A stretch of 58,246 nucleotides of DNA from Gemmatimonadota bacterium (GCA_036679645.1 JAZDCY010000020.1:1-58246); one strand, 5' to 3'; shown: positions 9,728 to 19,649, counted from the first letter of the stretch. The notes: generated by a model not told the origin, from the sequence alone. Numbers and translations: made by a program.

Positions 9728-10498
9728 TCACGTCCAGTCGGCGAGGTTGCGTCCCAGCACGCGCGCGCGGTCGTCCGCGGTAAGATTGGCTAGGTCTAGT
9801 TGCGCAAAAGGCCCATCAGGAAGACGCAGTGGCGCGCCTGTGCCGAGTACGAACCGCTCGACTCCCACCGTCGCGAGCACGTGACGCAGGTGATCTTCGG
9901 GCGGCCCCCAGAGCCATGCGACATCCCAGACGACGCGCCTCGCCTCGGCGGGCGTGAGCCCGAAGTGGACCTCCTCGACGAATGCACGATCTGCGTTCGA
10001 GATGACCAACCGGGCGCCCTCATCGTGCCGCGCGAGTGCGCGCACAGCCGCGGCGGGAAGCTCCGCCGCCGTATCGAGCGGATGACGTTGCCGGATGTCC
10101 TCCATCCGAACGGCGAGATGCACCGGAAGCCGACGTGCCGCCGCCGCGGCCACGAGGTGCCGCATGGCATCGCCCGCCGGCTCGATACCCTGCCACGTCG
10201 GGTATGCGCGAACAGCCGGCGCGCCTTCCCGGCTCGCGGCATCGAGATCGCGTTCCCAGTGCGGTAGACCTGGATGGATCGTTGGCACGGGGAGCAGTCG
10301 CTCGCGATGCGGCTCCAACACCCGCAGCAGTGCTACGGTACCGGGCGCAGGGTCCTTATAGAGGATAGACGGAAGGTGCGCGACCCACGCGCGGTCTACA
10401 CCAAGGCGGTCCATATTGGAGAGAACCCCCTCAGGCGTCCCACCGTCGACATGGCGATACGGATACGCACCGATGAACGTCGCGACATCGGTGATCAC
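9728..10498 (-). CDS. Amidohydrolase_2-fold protein with degenerate metal ligands
   Basis: MITDVATFIG (HxH absent), ..RLGVDRA, VGVERFVLGTGAP (Asp absent), RVLGRN; coupled to the upstream paralog by a GTGA overlap. Confidence 0.8.
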   Translation of the reverse strand: MITDVATFIGAYPYRHVDGGTPEGVLSNMDRLGVDRAWVAHLPSILYKDPAPGTVALLRVLEPHRERLLPVPTIHPGLPHWERDLDAASREGAPAVRAYPTWQGIEPAGDAMRHLVAAAAARRLPVHLAVRMEDIRQRHPLDTAAELPAAAVRALARHDEGARLVISNADRAFVEEVHFGLTPAEARRVVWDVAWLWGPPEDHLRHVLATVGVERFVLGTGAPLRLPDGPFAQLDLANLTADDRARVLGRNLADWT

Positions 10499-11292
10499 GC
10501 GAACGCCTCCGGCGGGAACACTCTCTGCGCATTCCCGGCACGGATCGCGTCGCGTGCCGCCGGATCACGAACAGCGATTTCCAGATACCGGAGCTTTGCC
10601 AGACCGGTGCCCATGGTCAGGTCCGTTCCCCACAGGAGCCGATCACTTCCCACCGCCTCCAGCGCGCGCTCGATCATGCCTCCGTCAATACCGCTGCCGG
10701 ACAGGTCGACCCAGATGTTGGCAATGTCCCGCACCACGCGCAACGTGTGCGTCCAGTCGCCACCGCCGCCAAGATGCGCAAGGATGAAGCGGGTGGCGGG
10801 ATGCCGCAGCGCGAGGGTGGCCAGTTCGGTGGCATCCGAGGCCTCCTGCCCCGGCCACTCGCGCCTTCTGTGCTGCCACACGTGATGGAGGATAGGTACG
10901 CCGCGGGCGCCGGCAATCGTCGCGATGGGATCGAGCAGCGAGTCATCCGCCCGACGGCTCGCGGCCAGCTTGATCCCGATCATCCCGGCATCCAGCCGGC
11001 GGGAGATCTGGTCGAGCGCGTGTCTCCCGTAGTTGGGGTTTACGACACAGTATCCCTGCACCGTCCCAGGGTGCTCTTGCATCATCGCCAGCATCTCGCC
11101 GTTTGCGTGCTCGACGTCTTCCTCCGAGGGGAAATACGTGGGCGACCGGTTACCCCACGAACCGAGGATCGACGCCACGTGGGTCGTGATGCCCATCAGA
11201 GCACCCGCGTCGAGACGCCGTTCGTTCAGCTCGCGCCAATCGGCACGCCCCGAGCGTGCGGTGAGAAAGTGACTGTGGACGTCGATCAACAT
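10495..11292 (-). CDS. Amidohydrolase_2 family metal-dependent hydrolase
   Basis: MLIDVHSH, GIKL, PILHH, LAHLGGG, LLWGTD, GNAQR; ATG 11292 overlaps the upstream stop. Confidence 0.9.
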   Translation of the reverse strand: MLIDVHSHFLTARSGRADWRELNERRLDAGALMGITTHVASILGSWGNRSPTYFPSEEDVEHANGEMLAMMQEHPGTVQGYCVVNPNYGRHALDQISRRLDAGMIGIKLAASRRADDSLLDPIATIAGARGVPILHHVWQHRRREWPGQEASDATELATLALRHPATRFILAHLGGGGDWTHTLRVVRDIANIWVDLSGSGIDGGMIERALEAVGSDRLLWGTDLTMGTGLAKLRYLEIAVRDPAARDAIRAGNAQRVFPPEAFA

Positions 11293-12425
11293 GACGACGC
11301 TACATCCTCGAGGGCCCGATCCAGTCGGACGAGGACTTCGCTCACCGTTGCGGCGTCGTGCGCGGCGGACGGGAAATTGTACGCGTTCCTCTTGAACAGC
11401 AGGCCGTGAGCCGCCGCACGAGATGCCGTATGGGTGGATACTCCTTCCGAACGAAAAGCCAGATAGCAGAACTCCGGAATGCCGCGCACCTCCGCCACGA
11501 GATCGGGGTAACGCGTGGCGCACTGCTGCAACCCCGCAAAAAAGTCGCGGCCCGCGCGCGCGATCGCCGCGTCGGCACCTCCCGCAACCGCTTCGAGAAC
11601 CGCGCGCGCCGCCGCGAGCGACACGAATTCCGTCGCTAGCGTTGACGAGATCCACGTGCGTTCCAGCGCGGCCATCACGTCGCGCCCGCCGCCCAGCACC
11701 GCAATAGGGTACCCGTTCCCGATCGCTTTGCCCAACACGATGAGATCCGGAGTGAAGCCGTAGCGCGCGACTGCACCACCCGTGCCCAGACGTATGCACG
11801 TCTTGATTTCGTCCAGCACGAGCAGGGCCCCGGTTCGATCGGCGACCCGTCGCACCGCCGCCACCCACTCCGCCGTGGGCGCAGCATCGACCACCGGTTC
11901 CACGACGAGCGCGGCGGGAGCCACATCATGAAGCTGCTCGAGCGCGGCGACATCGTTGAACGGAATCTCGGAACGCAGTCCCCGTACGGCATCCGGCACG
12001 CCCACTCCATCCTGACACCAATCGAGCCACCCATGGTATCCACAGGTTACGACGTGATCCCGCCCCGTGACGACGCGCGCAACGCGCACGGCCGCCGCCA
12101 CGGCCTCCGCGCCGGTCTTGAGGAATCTGACGGCCTCGATAGTGTCGATCAGCGCGCAGAGCCGCTCCGCGACGTCTTGCTCGTGCACCGGGGCGAGCGG
12201 TCCGACCGCACCCGCCGCCGCCGCGCGGCGCACTGCGTCGGTCACCGCCGGGTCGGCATATCCAAGGGCAACCGCACCAAGTGCCATGATCGTATCGAGA
12301 TACTCTCGGCCGTCGACATCCCAGACGCGGCAACCTTCGGCACGCACCATCTGACGCGGGCCGTGATGGATGCCGAACAACTCCTTCGGTCGCTTGCTGC
12401 CCGTAGACGTGTCACCAGGGATCAT
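11286..12425 (-). CDS. Class III PLP aminotransferase (glutamate-1-semialdehyde aminotransferase-like)
   Basis: AEGCRVWDVDGREYLD, FLKTGAEA, GYHGW, LDEIKT, LGKAIGNG (PLP Lys), SSTL; ATG 12425 in an ATGA overlap. Confidence 0.9.
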   Translation of the reverse strand: MIPGDTSTGSKRPKELFGIHHGPRQMVRAEGCRVWDVDGREYLDTIMALGAVALGYADPAVTDAVRRAAAAGAVGPLAPVHEQDVAERLCALIDTIEAVRFLKTGAEAVAAAVRVARVVTGRDHVVTCGYHGWLDWCQDGVGVPDAVRGLRSEIPFNDVAALEQLHDVAPAALVVEPVVDAAPTAEWVAAVRRVADRTGALLVLDEIKTCIRLGTGGAVARYGFTPDLIVLGKAIGNGYPIAVLGGGRDVMAALERTWISSTLATEFVSLAAARAVLEAVAGGADAAIARAGRDFFAGLQQCATRYPDLVAEVRGIPEFCYLAFRSEGVSTHTASRAAAHGLLFKRNAYNFPSAAHDAATVSEVLVRLDRALEDVASSC

Positions 12426-13162
12426 CGCGTCGGCTCCCGTACGCCGACGCGCTCCAGGTAGCGAATCACCTCGACGCACATGGCAGTCACGAGCTTGGCC
12501 TCGCGCTCATCCATCGGCGCGCGGTGCACGAGTTCGCGCACCGAACGCATCACTATGTCCGGATTCCGTGTCTTGAAGAAATCGATCGCGCCCAGGGCCG
12601 TATCTGCCGCGCCGAAGAGGTGCTCGAGAGCTTCGTGGCGCACTAGCGGCGCCTCCTTGCGCGGCGCCTTGAGAGCTGGAAGACGTGCCTCCGCTAGAAA
12701 CACCTCGTACGCCACGACCGCGAAAGCCTGTCCCAGATTCATCGAGCTGTGGTCCGGATTCGTTGGGATCGTCGCCGTGCGATGACACCGGTCCAGCTCC
12801 GCATTGCTCAAACCCTTGTCCTCCCGACCGAACACCAACGCGACCGGACCGTCCTCGCGCGCGGCAACCACGTCGTTCATGGCGTCTCGCACGCGTTGCA
12901 CGTTGCGCTTGGCCGTGCGGCCGCGAGCGGTGAATCCCACCACGTGAACGCAGTCCGCAACTGCCTCATCGAGCGAGTCGAGCACCACCACCCGTCGCAG
13001 CACATCTCCCGTTTTGTGCGCGATGCCCTCGATACGGTACGCATCGTACTCGGCGGGCTGTACGAGCCGCAGCGAGCGGAGGGCGAAGTTCTTCATTGCC
13101 CGTACAACGAGCGCAATGTTCACGATATCCTGCGGTTGGTGCAGGACGACGATGACGCTCAC
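12422..13162 (-). CDS. trmJ: SPOUT (TrmH-family) RNA methyltransferase, TrmJ/LasT-like
   Basis: VVL..PQ..VNIA..RAMKNF, GFTAR, ALVFGREDKGLSNAEL, IPTNP..SSMNLGQA; GTG 13162 overlaps the upstream TGA. Confidence 0.85.
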   Translation of the reverse strand: MSVIVVLHQPQDIVNIALVVRAMKNFALRSLRLVQPAEYDAYRIEGIAHKTGDVLRRVVVLDSLDEAVADCVHVVGFTARGRTAKRNVQRVRDAMNDVVAAREDGPVALVFGREDKGLSNAELDRCHRTATIPTNPDHSSMNLGQAFAVVAYEVFLAEARLPALKAPRKEAPLVRHEALEHLFGAADTALGAIDFFKTRNPDIVMRSVRELVHRAPMDEREAKLVTAMCVEVIRYLERVGVREPTR

Positions 13163-15912
13163 ACAACCTCCGCCACGAGCGCCGCAGCGGGCGACTCGCG
13201 ATCGCCGCGGAGATACACCCACCCACCGCCAGTCAACGCCAGCTGCCCCGCCCGACGGTCCCGCCCGGCGCGCATCTCATTGACAACGACATTGAATGGA
13301 AACCGTTCACCGATTTGGAGCGTCCGGCCCACGTCACACACAATCAGCATGCGGTATCCGGTGCTCGTCCGGCGAGATGCACCCGACACCCGACGCGTGT
13401 CGGCTACTGTCCCGACGACCGCGCGCGGACGGAGGCGGCCACTGTCCAGGTCGGGCAGCACGACGTAGCCCTCCCATCCATCGACATCGAGATAGACCTG
13501 CACCCCGTCAGAGTGGATGTCGGCGGATTCGTTGTCCAGCCCGGGATCCGGCGCATTTGCGTCGCGCACCACGATTTGGTCTTTCGTGACATCGACGAAG
13601 AACGCGAGCCCCTCATCGAGCACGGCAACATCTACGAGCGCGCTGAACAGACCCATCGTCCCGTATTCCTCTTCCGATCGACGATATGCGTCGCGTCCGA
13701 GGGCAAACATCGGGTGTGCTGGCCACCGGTCGATCGAGACCTCGCCGGATACGCGCCGAACCAAAACGACCTGCCGGGGATGAAGTGACCGTCGTGAGGA
13801 GACGTAAGGCGCTCCAGCGGCACGTGCCTCGAGTCGCACGTGCGTCCCTTCGGCACCCGAAACGGTAATACCGCTCTTGTCTGCGGCGATCGTCCAGGTG
13901 GCAGCACTCCCGTGGACCCGCAGCGTGCCATCCTCGAGCGAGATGTTTTTCACGCCGGCCGCGGCAGTGGCGTACACCGTCGTCCACCGCCCCGGACCGG
14001 CGGCACGGCGAACGAGAAACGGCGTCACAGCCCCGTCGGCGAAGTCCGACCCTGGCGGGCCCGCACCTTCGGCAACGAGCACGTCTTCACCCCAGCGCTC
14101 GACCAGCCATGTGGTGACGGTCTGATCGCCGGAGGCAATGGGCAGGTACGGATCCCGCAACATCCCAACGGCACGAACGCGATCGTATCCGGTCTCGTGG
14201 CCGCCCCCGCCCCCTCGACCTGGATCGAGCTGCAAATCAACGGGGTCGGTGTGCATCGCTGGCAATCCCTGCACGTGCAAGGGAAGATCTACGACGCACT
14301 GCGGCGGAACCGAGACATCCACCATGTCCACCACGATCTGGTGGCCGGCCAGCACCGTTCGGTGGGCCAGCGTGCCTTCCCCAAGAGTGTCTCGCGCCGC
14401 CACACGGGTCCAGTTCCAGCCGTCCGCCGCATCTACGTGCTCGCACCAACCCACACCACCCACCTGCCCCACGCCCGCCACACCGGGGGCATTGTGCGCG
14501 AGTGTCGATCGGTACCAGAAAAGAGAGTCTGAGACGTACGAGCCGGTGCCGAAATCCACGAGTACATCTGCACCCCAGTACACCGACAGATGCAGGAGAT
14601 CTGGGTGCGCGTGGCCGCCCCGTGCGGGCCCACATTCAACCGTGACCATCACGTCCGGCTGTGGCCGCAGCATCGCGACACCGTGTGCAGGCAGGAGGGC
14701 CGCGCCTGTCTCCCATACGGGCCTGTCGGACTCGGGAGATTCCGGCACCATCCACAGGAGCGCTTTCCAGCCCAACTGATCGCGTCGGATGCGGCCGGGC
14801 GCGCGATGCTCCTCCTGTTCGGCCAGCTCGACAAAGCCGACGTCCGGCGCGTCGGGGAGATCGTCGTCGTACAGACGCGCTAGGACCGCATCGAGTCGCG
14901 GATCGACGACTCGTGCCCGGCCGATTTCCCATAACTCCGCGAACCGATGTTGGCGTACGCTTGCACCGTATGGCGCATCACCACGTGCGGGCACCACGAA
15001 ATTGGGCAGCAACGTCGCAAGGGGTGCCGTGTACATGCGCCCCAACGGTGAGTTGTCGTACAGGGCCGTCCCACCCCACCGCGCCCACTCGGCTGCGAGC
15101 AGAAATCCGCGCAGAGCAAAGAGGTGATAGTTCTCCCCTTCGTGCCAGTACCCATCGTCGTCCACCGCGGAGAGGAGAGCGCGGACACCAGAACCGCCGT
15201 CGAGGCCCGCACGCCGCAGGCGTTCGTCCCCGAGCCACGTGCCCGCCGCGAGAAGGGCCGTGGCGTTCCAGACCTGACGGTTGGACCACCCCTCTTCGAA
15301 GGAACCGATTAGCTCCGCCGACTCGCCAACCATCGCAGCGACCGCCGCTCGCGCTGCACCGCCCCCGCCCCCGTCCCCGCCCCATTCGGCCGGGTTCGCT
15401 ACGTCCAGTATGGCAGCGGCGGTCGCGATCTGAACGAGCCAGATCGATTCCAGATAGGTCGAGAAGAACAACCGCGTGGGGCCGAGCACGTTGTCACGAT
15501 TGGGATACGAGCGATAACGCGACGCGTACCCGGTGAGGATCTCGACGGCCTTGCGCAAGAGCGCCGGCTCGTCGCGCAGAACGCCCAGCAACGCACAGTG
15601 GATGGCCCGCTCGGAGAGCCAGAGCTGGTAGCGCATGATCCACGCACGATGATGCCGGGCACCCTCGTACGTTGCGTGACAGCGCGGGCAGGTGTGGGCG
15701 TGAGGTGTCAGCGGGTCGAATAGCAGGCGAGCACCATCCACCTGGCATATCCCCCCGTCGCGAGAGAGCTGTGCCTTCTCGTCCGGTAGCTCGAGCGGGC
15801 GTCCGAGCAACGGCCCGAGGTGCTGTTCCAGATGATCCGTCACGCGCTGCAGGATGGGCGCTCGGGCAATCTCATTGGCCCGAGCCCGTAGCTCAACTTC
15901 GAGTACTCTCAT
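13159..15912 (-). CDS. Heparinase II/III-family (polysaccharide-lyase-like) protein with C-terminal CBM9/DOMON-like domain
   Basis: DGYWHEGENYH, GHAHPDLL, DFGTGSY, STLAHN motifs; C-terminal DVTKD...DGVQVYLD...FNVVVN; no signal peptide; ATG 15912 chosen as start. Confidence 0.8.
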   Translation of the reverse strand: MRVLEVELRARANEIARAPILQRVTDHLEQHLGPLLGRPLELPDEKAQLSRDGGICQVDGARLLFDPLTPHAHTCPRCHATYEGARHHRAWIMRYQLWLSERAIHCALLGVLRDEPALLRKAVEILTGYASRYRSYPNRDNVLGPTRLFFSTYLESIWLVQIATAAAILDVANPAEWGGDGGGGGAARAAVAAMVGESAELIGSFEEGWSNRQVWNATALLAAGTWLGDERLRRAGLDGGSGVRALLSAVDDDGYWHEGENYHLFALRGFLLAAEWARWGGTALYDNSPLGRMYTAPLATLLPNFVVPARGDAPYGASVRQHRFAELWEIGRARVVDPRLDAVLARLYDDDLPDAPDVGFVELAEQEEHRAPGRIRRDQLGWKALLWMVPESPESDRPVWETGAALLPAHGVAMLRPQPDVMVTVECGPARGGHAHPDLLHLSVYWGADVLVDFGTGSYVSDSLFWYRSTLAHNAPGVAGVGQVGGVGWCEHVDAADGWNWTRVAARDTLGEGTLAHRTVLAGHQIVVDMVDVSVPPQCVVDLPLHVQGLPAMHTDPVDLQLDPGRGGGGGHETGYDRVRAVGMLRDPYLPIASGDQTVTTWLVERWGEDVLVAEGAGPPGSDFADGAVTPFLVRRAAGPGRWTTVYATAAAGVKNISLEDGTLRVHGSAATWTIAADKSGITVSGAEGTHVRLEARAAGAPYVSSRRSLHPRQVVLVRRVSGEVSIDRWPAHPMFALGRDAYRRSEEEYGTMGLFSALVDVAVLDEGLAFFVDVTKDQIVVRDANAPDPGLDNESADIHSDGVQVYLDVDGWEGYVVLPDLDSGRLRPRAVVGTVADTRRVSGASRRTSTGYRMLIVCDVGRTLQIGERFPFNVVVNEMRAGRDRRAGQLALTGGGWVYLRGDRESPAAALVAEVV

Positions 15913-16933
15913 CGAGCACCTGGACGGTGACCTGAACGCCTGCGAAATCGAAGCCAACGTCCAGCGCCTGCGCGCCGGCACGCACCGCAGCCTCACGCGC
16001 GATCGGTACGCATGTCGGCGGACAGACACCAATGAGGCAACCGCCCGCCCCCGCGCCCGTCGCTTTCACCCCCCACACGCCCGCGGCACGCAGCGCCTGC
16101 TCCACGGCGCGAACGCCCGGCGTCGCAATCGTGGCATCGAGCCGCTGCTGTTGCCGCCAGTTGTCGTCGATCACGCGCGCCAACCGTTCCCAGTCCGCCC
16201 CACGCAACGCCGTAGCGGCCTCCGCGCCAAGATCTCGGATGATGGCAAGCGCATCGACGACCTCGGCGCTGCCCGCTGCGTAGGCGTCCCAGACGCGCCG
16301 GTGCGTCTGCGAGGAGAAATGCGTTTCCCCCGTGTAGACGAGTACCAACGACCGCGCCAGGTCGGCGGCCTGCTCGTGCGATACATCTATGGGAGACGCC
16401 CGCTCGATTCCCGCATCCGAAAACGCGAGCTCGTGCCACCCACCGAGCGCAGCCGCACACTGGTCCTGGCGTCCCCCTTCGAGACCGAGTTCCGTGGCCT
16501 CGAGCTGAAACGCCAGCTCCGCGATTGCGGCATCGTCGTACTGTTCGCCGCGGGCGGCCGCGAGCGCCGCCACCAACGCAACATCGAGTGCACCCGACCC
16601 GCCCAACCCGGATCCAGCCGGGATCTCCGCTCGCGTCAACAGCTCCACCCCGCCCGTCACCGGCAACATGTTCAATGCCGCCTTGTGGAGATCGAGTTTC
16701 CCATCGTACACGAGCTGAACGGGATGACTCAACGTGGCGTGCTCACCGAGGTCCTCTGCATGCAGGCGGATCGAGCCGCCGCCCGTGACGCACTCGACGT
16801 GCACATACAGTTCCAGTGCCGCGTTCGTGACGACGCCGCCGACGTCCGACGCATAAACCGGAACATCCGTCCATCCTCCCGCGAAGTCGGCGCGCACCGG
16901 AGCGCGGGCCCGGATGAGGAATCGGTCTGCCAT
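15893..16933 (-). CDS. GHMP-family sugar kinase (HddA/fucokinase-like)
   Basis: APVRADFAGGWTD, PAGSGLGGS, GGRQDQ, KATGAGAGG. Confidence 0.9.
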   Translation of the reverse strand: MADRFLIRARAPVRADFAGGWTDVPVYASDVGGVVTNAALELYVHVECVTGGGSIRLHAEDLGEHATLSHPVQLVYDGKLDLHKAALNMLPVTGGVELLTRAEIPAGSGLGGSGALDVALVAALAAARGEQYDDAAIAELAFQLEATELGLEGGRQDQCAAALGGWHELAFSDAGIERASPIDVSHEQAADLARSLVLVYTGETHFSSQTHRRVWDAYAAGSAEVVDALAIIRDLGAEAATALRGADWERLARVIDDNWRQQQRLDATIATPGVRAVEQALRAAGVWGVKATGAGAGGCLIGVCPPTCVPIAREAAVRAGAQALDVGFDFAGVQVTVQVLDESTRS

Positions 16934-16938
16934 GCGGT

Positions 16939-16944
16939 ATTCTA
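16939..16944 (-). promoter_or_regulatory. Putative -10 element (TAGAAT) of a leaderless transcript for the GHMP kinase operon
   Basis: TAGAAT-accgc-ATG on the minus strand. Confidence 0.5.
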
Positions 16945-17050
16945 GTCCTTTACCGGGCGGAACGGAGTCCGCGAGTGAACTCGCGCGGCAGGTTCACGCA
17001 CCAAGGCTCACAACGACCACGCCGTTCAGCGCCCACCGCGCAGAGGTTCA

Positions 17051-18607
17051 CTAACGTGCCCCCACACGCCACGATGCAAGACCGGCCAGTTCACCCCGGA
17101 GATCGATCCGCACGCCCTCGATGCGTCTACTCACTCCCTGGACGCCACGTGCGTGGTAGATCCAAGCGGTGGGAGCCGCCTCAGACAGATGCCGCTGCAC
17201 GGCACGCCAGGCGTCCGCCAAGTCGCTCTCGGTCGTTGCCCGCCGCGTGGCCTCGAAAGCCCGCGTCAGATCGTCATGTGAATAGCCAGGATACGCGAGT
17301 GGGCCGTCGCCGTCATACATCGCCGCCACATAGCCCAATGCGAGGTCTCCCGGAATCCCCGTCACCAACGCATCGAAGTCGCGCTGTTCCCCTTGGATCG
17401 TCGCGAGGAAGCTCGCCAGCTCGAGTTGCCGGATTCGCACATTGGCGCCGACCTCGCGCAGCTGCGCCTGCACCATCTGCTCGAGCGCCATGGAACCGCT
17501 CCCCACGGTGAGTAGATCGAACGCCAGCGGCGTACCGCCACGGGCGCGAATGCCGTCCGCGCCCATGACCCATCCGGCGGCCTCGAGGAGGCGGGCCGCG
17601 GCCACCGTGTCGCGGCGTGTGGGATCGACATCGGCGTACCACGGATGCTCCGGCTGTACCGGGCCCGCCGCTGGCGTACCGAACCCGTAGAGAAACGCCT
17701 TGACTATGAGCTCACGATCGAGGGCACTGGACAGCGCGCGACGCACGTTTGCGTCGTCGAACGGTGACCGCCGCAGGTTGAAGACGAGGGCGTAGGAAAA
17801 CAGGACCGGGTAGTCCACCACGCGCAGTCGCTCATCTTCGCGGACGAACGCCGCGTGAGCTGGGTTGATGCCGGCGAAGTCCAGCTCGCCCGACGTGAGC
17901 GCCGCGAGCTTCGTCGTAGATTCGTCAACGATCGCGATCACGAGCCTATCCGCGACCGGCCGCCCGAGGTCCTGCGGGAAATCCGCTGATCTGCGAAAGA
18001 CCCACCGTTGATTGGGTCGATGTTCGACGAACACAAAAGGACCGTTCCCGATTGGGTCGGCATTGAACGGCGCGCGGCGCAACTCGCCCGGGGCGACACC
18101 CTCAAATCGATGCGCCGGGAGAATCGGCAGGTCGGTGAACACGTCAGGGAATACGGGCTGCGGTCCCGCGAATTGCACCCGGACGGTCAGCGAATCCACG
18201 GCCTCGACCATTCGCACCCCGTTCAGATCACGCGCACGCGGATAGGCAACCGCAGGATCGCGCGCGCGATCCATCGTCCACACTACATCCGCCGCCCTCG
18301 TGGGGCGGCCATCGTGCCAGCGAACGTCGTGCCGTAACCGGAACGTGAGCGCCGAACGGTCCGCGCTCCACTGCCACGAGGCGAGTCGCGGCATAGGCCG
18401 CATGGCAGAGTCGTACGTCGCCAAGGTAAGAAACAGCACGTACTTCTGCACCTGCTTAGCAAGCGGATGTACCGTTACCAACGGGTTGATGCTCTGGAGA
18501 TCTGCGCCCGAGGCAAAGAGGATAGTGGCGTCTCCGGCATGCTCGTCCGTCGGTCCACATCCCGGAAGAAGCGCACCCAAGACGACGGCGAACGCACCAT
18601 GCCGCAG
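17051..18607 (-). CDS. ABC transporter family-5 (peptide/nickel-type) substrate-binding lipoprotein; start uncertain (CTG 18607 or ATG 18667)
   Basis: Lipobox LPGC; LTFRLRHDVRWHDGRP..AADVVWT; PIGNGPF; SGELD; PFDDANVRRALS.ALDR. Confidence 0.88.
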   Translation of the reverse strand: MRHGAFAVVLGALLPGCGPTDEHAGDATILFASGADLQSINPLVTVHPLAKQVQKYVLFLTLATYDSAMRPMPRLASWQWSADRSALTFRLRHDVRWHDGRPTRAADVVWTMDRARDPAVAYPRARDLNGVRMVEAVDSLTVRVQFAGPQPVFPDVFTDLPILPAHRFEGVAPGELRRAPFNADPIGNGPFVFVEHRPNQRWVFRRSADFPQDLGRPVADRLVIAIVDESTTKLAALTSGELDFAGINPAHAAFVREDERLRVVDYPVLFSYALVFNLRRSPFDDANVRRALSSALDRELIVKAFLYGFGTPAAGPVQPEHPWYADVDPTRRDTVAAARLLEAAGWVMGADGIRARGGTPLAFDLLTVGSGSMALEQMVQAQLREVGANVRIRQLELASFLATIQGEQRDFDALVTGIPGDLALGYVAAMYDGDGPLAYPGYSHDDLTRAFEATRRATTESDLADAWRAVQRHLSEAAPTAWIYHARGVQGVSRRIEGVRIDLRGELAGLASWRVGAR

Positions 18608-18618
18608 CCCGACCTTCC

Positions 18619-18648
18619 TTGACGGCGGCGGCGTCCTCGTCGCAGCCT
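18619..18648 (+). promoter_or_regulatory. Putative leaderless promoter for the permease pair
   Basis: TTGACG (18619-18624), 18 nt, CAGCCT (18643-18648), 5 nt, ATG 18654. Confidence 0.35.
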
Positions 18649-18653
18649 TCGGT

Positions 18654-19649
18654 ATGTTGCGTCGCATAGCACTTCGGATGGGCATAGGGCTAGCGCTCGT
18701 GTGGGCCGTTGTGACGGTCACGTTCGTGCTCCTCCACCTGGCGCCCGGAGATCCGGCCCGCCTCTGGGTCAGCCCGGGCGCCGGAGCCGATGAACTCGAC
18801 GCGGCACGGCGTGCGCTCGGACTCGACCGCCCCCTCCTGATACAATACGTCGGGTGGATTGCCGACTTCGCGCGCGGCGACTGGGGTACCAGCCTCGCGC
18901 AGAATCGCCCCGTCACGCGGGTGCTCCTGGACGCACTGCCACACACCCTCCTGCTGTCGGCAGCCTCATTGATGCTGACCTACGTGGGAGGGATAATCGT
19001 CGGATTGATCCAGGCGGTAAAGCACCGCTCCCGTATCGACACCGCCATCACGACGGTTTCGCTGGTGGCATACGGGATGCCCGCCTTTTGGCTCGCCCTC
19101 ATTCTCGTGCTCGTGTTCACGTACACCGCCGCCCGGAACGGGTGGCCGCAGTGGTTGCAGTTCCCGGCGATGGGCGTGGCCGGGCTGAACGCCGACTTCC
19201 TGAGCCCGTGGCAAAGGCTCGTCGATCGGCTGCGCCACCTCGTCCTCCCGCTCACGACGCTCTCTCTGATCGGTGCGGCAGGCACCGCCCGGTACGTGCG
19301 CGGCGCGCTGCTCGACGTGCGGTCGCTGGACTACGTCCGCACCGCGCGGGCCAAGGGACTGACACCCGTCGCGGTGGAACTGCGGCACGTCCTGCGCAAT
19401 GGCCTACTACCGGTGGTGACGCTCCTTGGTCTAGCGCTCCCCGCGCTCTTTTCGGGCACCGTTTTCGTCGAGGTGATCTTTGCGTGGCCCGGGATCGGCC
19501 GCGAGATGGTCGGCGCCGTCGGGGCACGCGACTACCCGGTGGTGATGGCATCCACTGCCGTCTTCGCGTCGCTGGTGGTGCTGGGCAACCTGCTCGCCGA
19601 CCTGCTCTACACCGCGGTCGATCCGCGCCTCCGGCGGCCCGCGACGTGA
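18654..19649 (+). CDS. ABC peptide-type permease (DppB/OppB-like)
   Basis: LAPGDP, LGLDRPL..QY, GDWGTS, DYVRTARAKGL (EAA loop), VEVIFAWPGIG, RDYPVV, DPRLR. Confidence 0.93.
   Translation: MLRRIALRMGIGLALVWAVVTVTFVLLHLAPGDPARLWVSPGAGADELDAARRALGLDRPLLIQYVGWIADFARGDWGTSLAQNRPVTRVLLDALPHTLLLSAASLMLTYVGGIIVGLIQAVKHRSRIDTAITTVSLVAYGMPAFWLALILVLVFTYTAARNGWPQWLQFPAMGVAGLNADFLSPWQRLVDRLRHLVLPLTTLSLIGAAGTARYVRGALLDVRSLDYVRTARAKGLTPVAVELRHVLRNGLLPVVTLLGLALPALFSGTVFVEVIFAWPGIGREMVGAVGARDYPVVMASTAVFASLVVLGNLLADLLYTAVDPRLRRPAT

Noticed and set aside
11286..12425. Calling the aminotransferase hemL
   Set aside because: It lacks the PGGVNSPVR N-terminal signature and has no heme-pathway context; only the family is supportable.
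15677..15691. CPRCH (CxxCH) in the heparinase-like protein as a heme c site
   Set aside because: The protein has no export signal, and the motif sits in a Cys/His cluster more consistent with Zn binding.
16975..17051. GTGAAC...GTTCAC inverted repeat and repeated GGTTCAC between the SBP and GHMP kinase genes
   Set aside because: Short stem and no U-tract; cannot be distinguished from chance.
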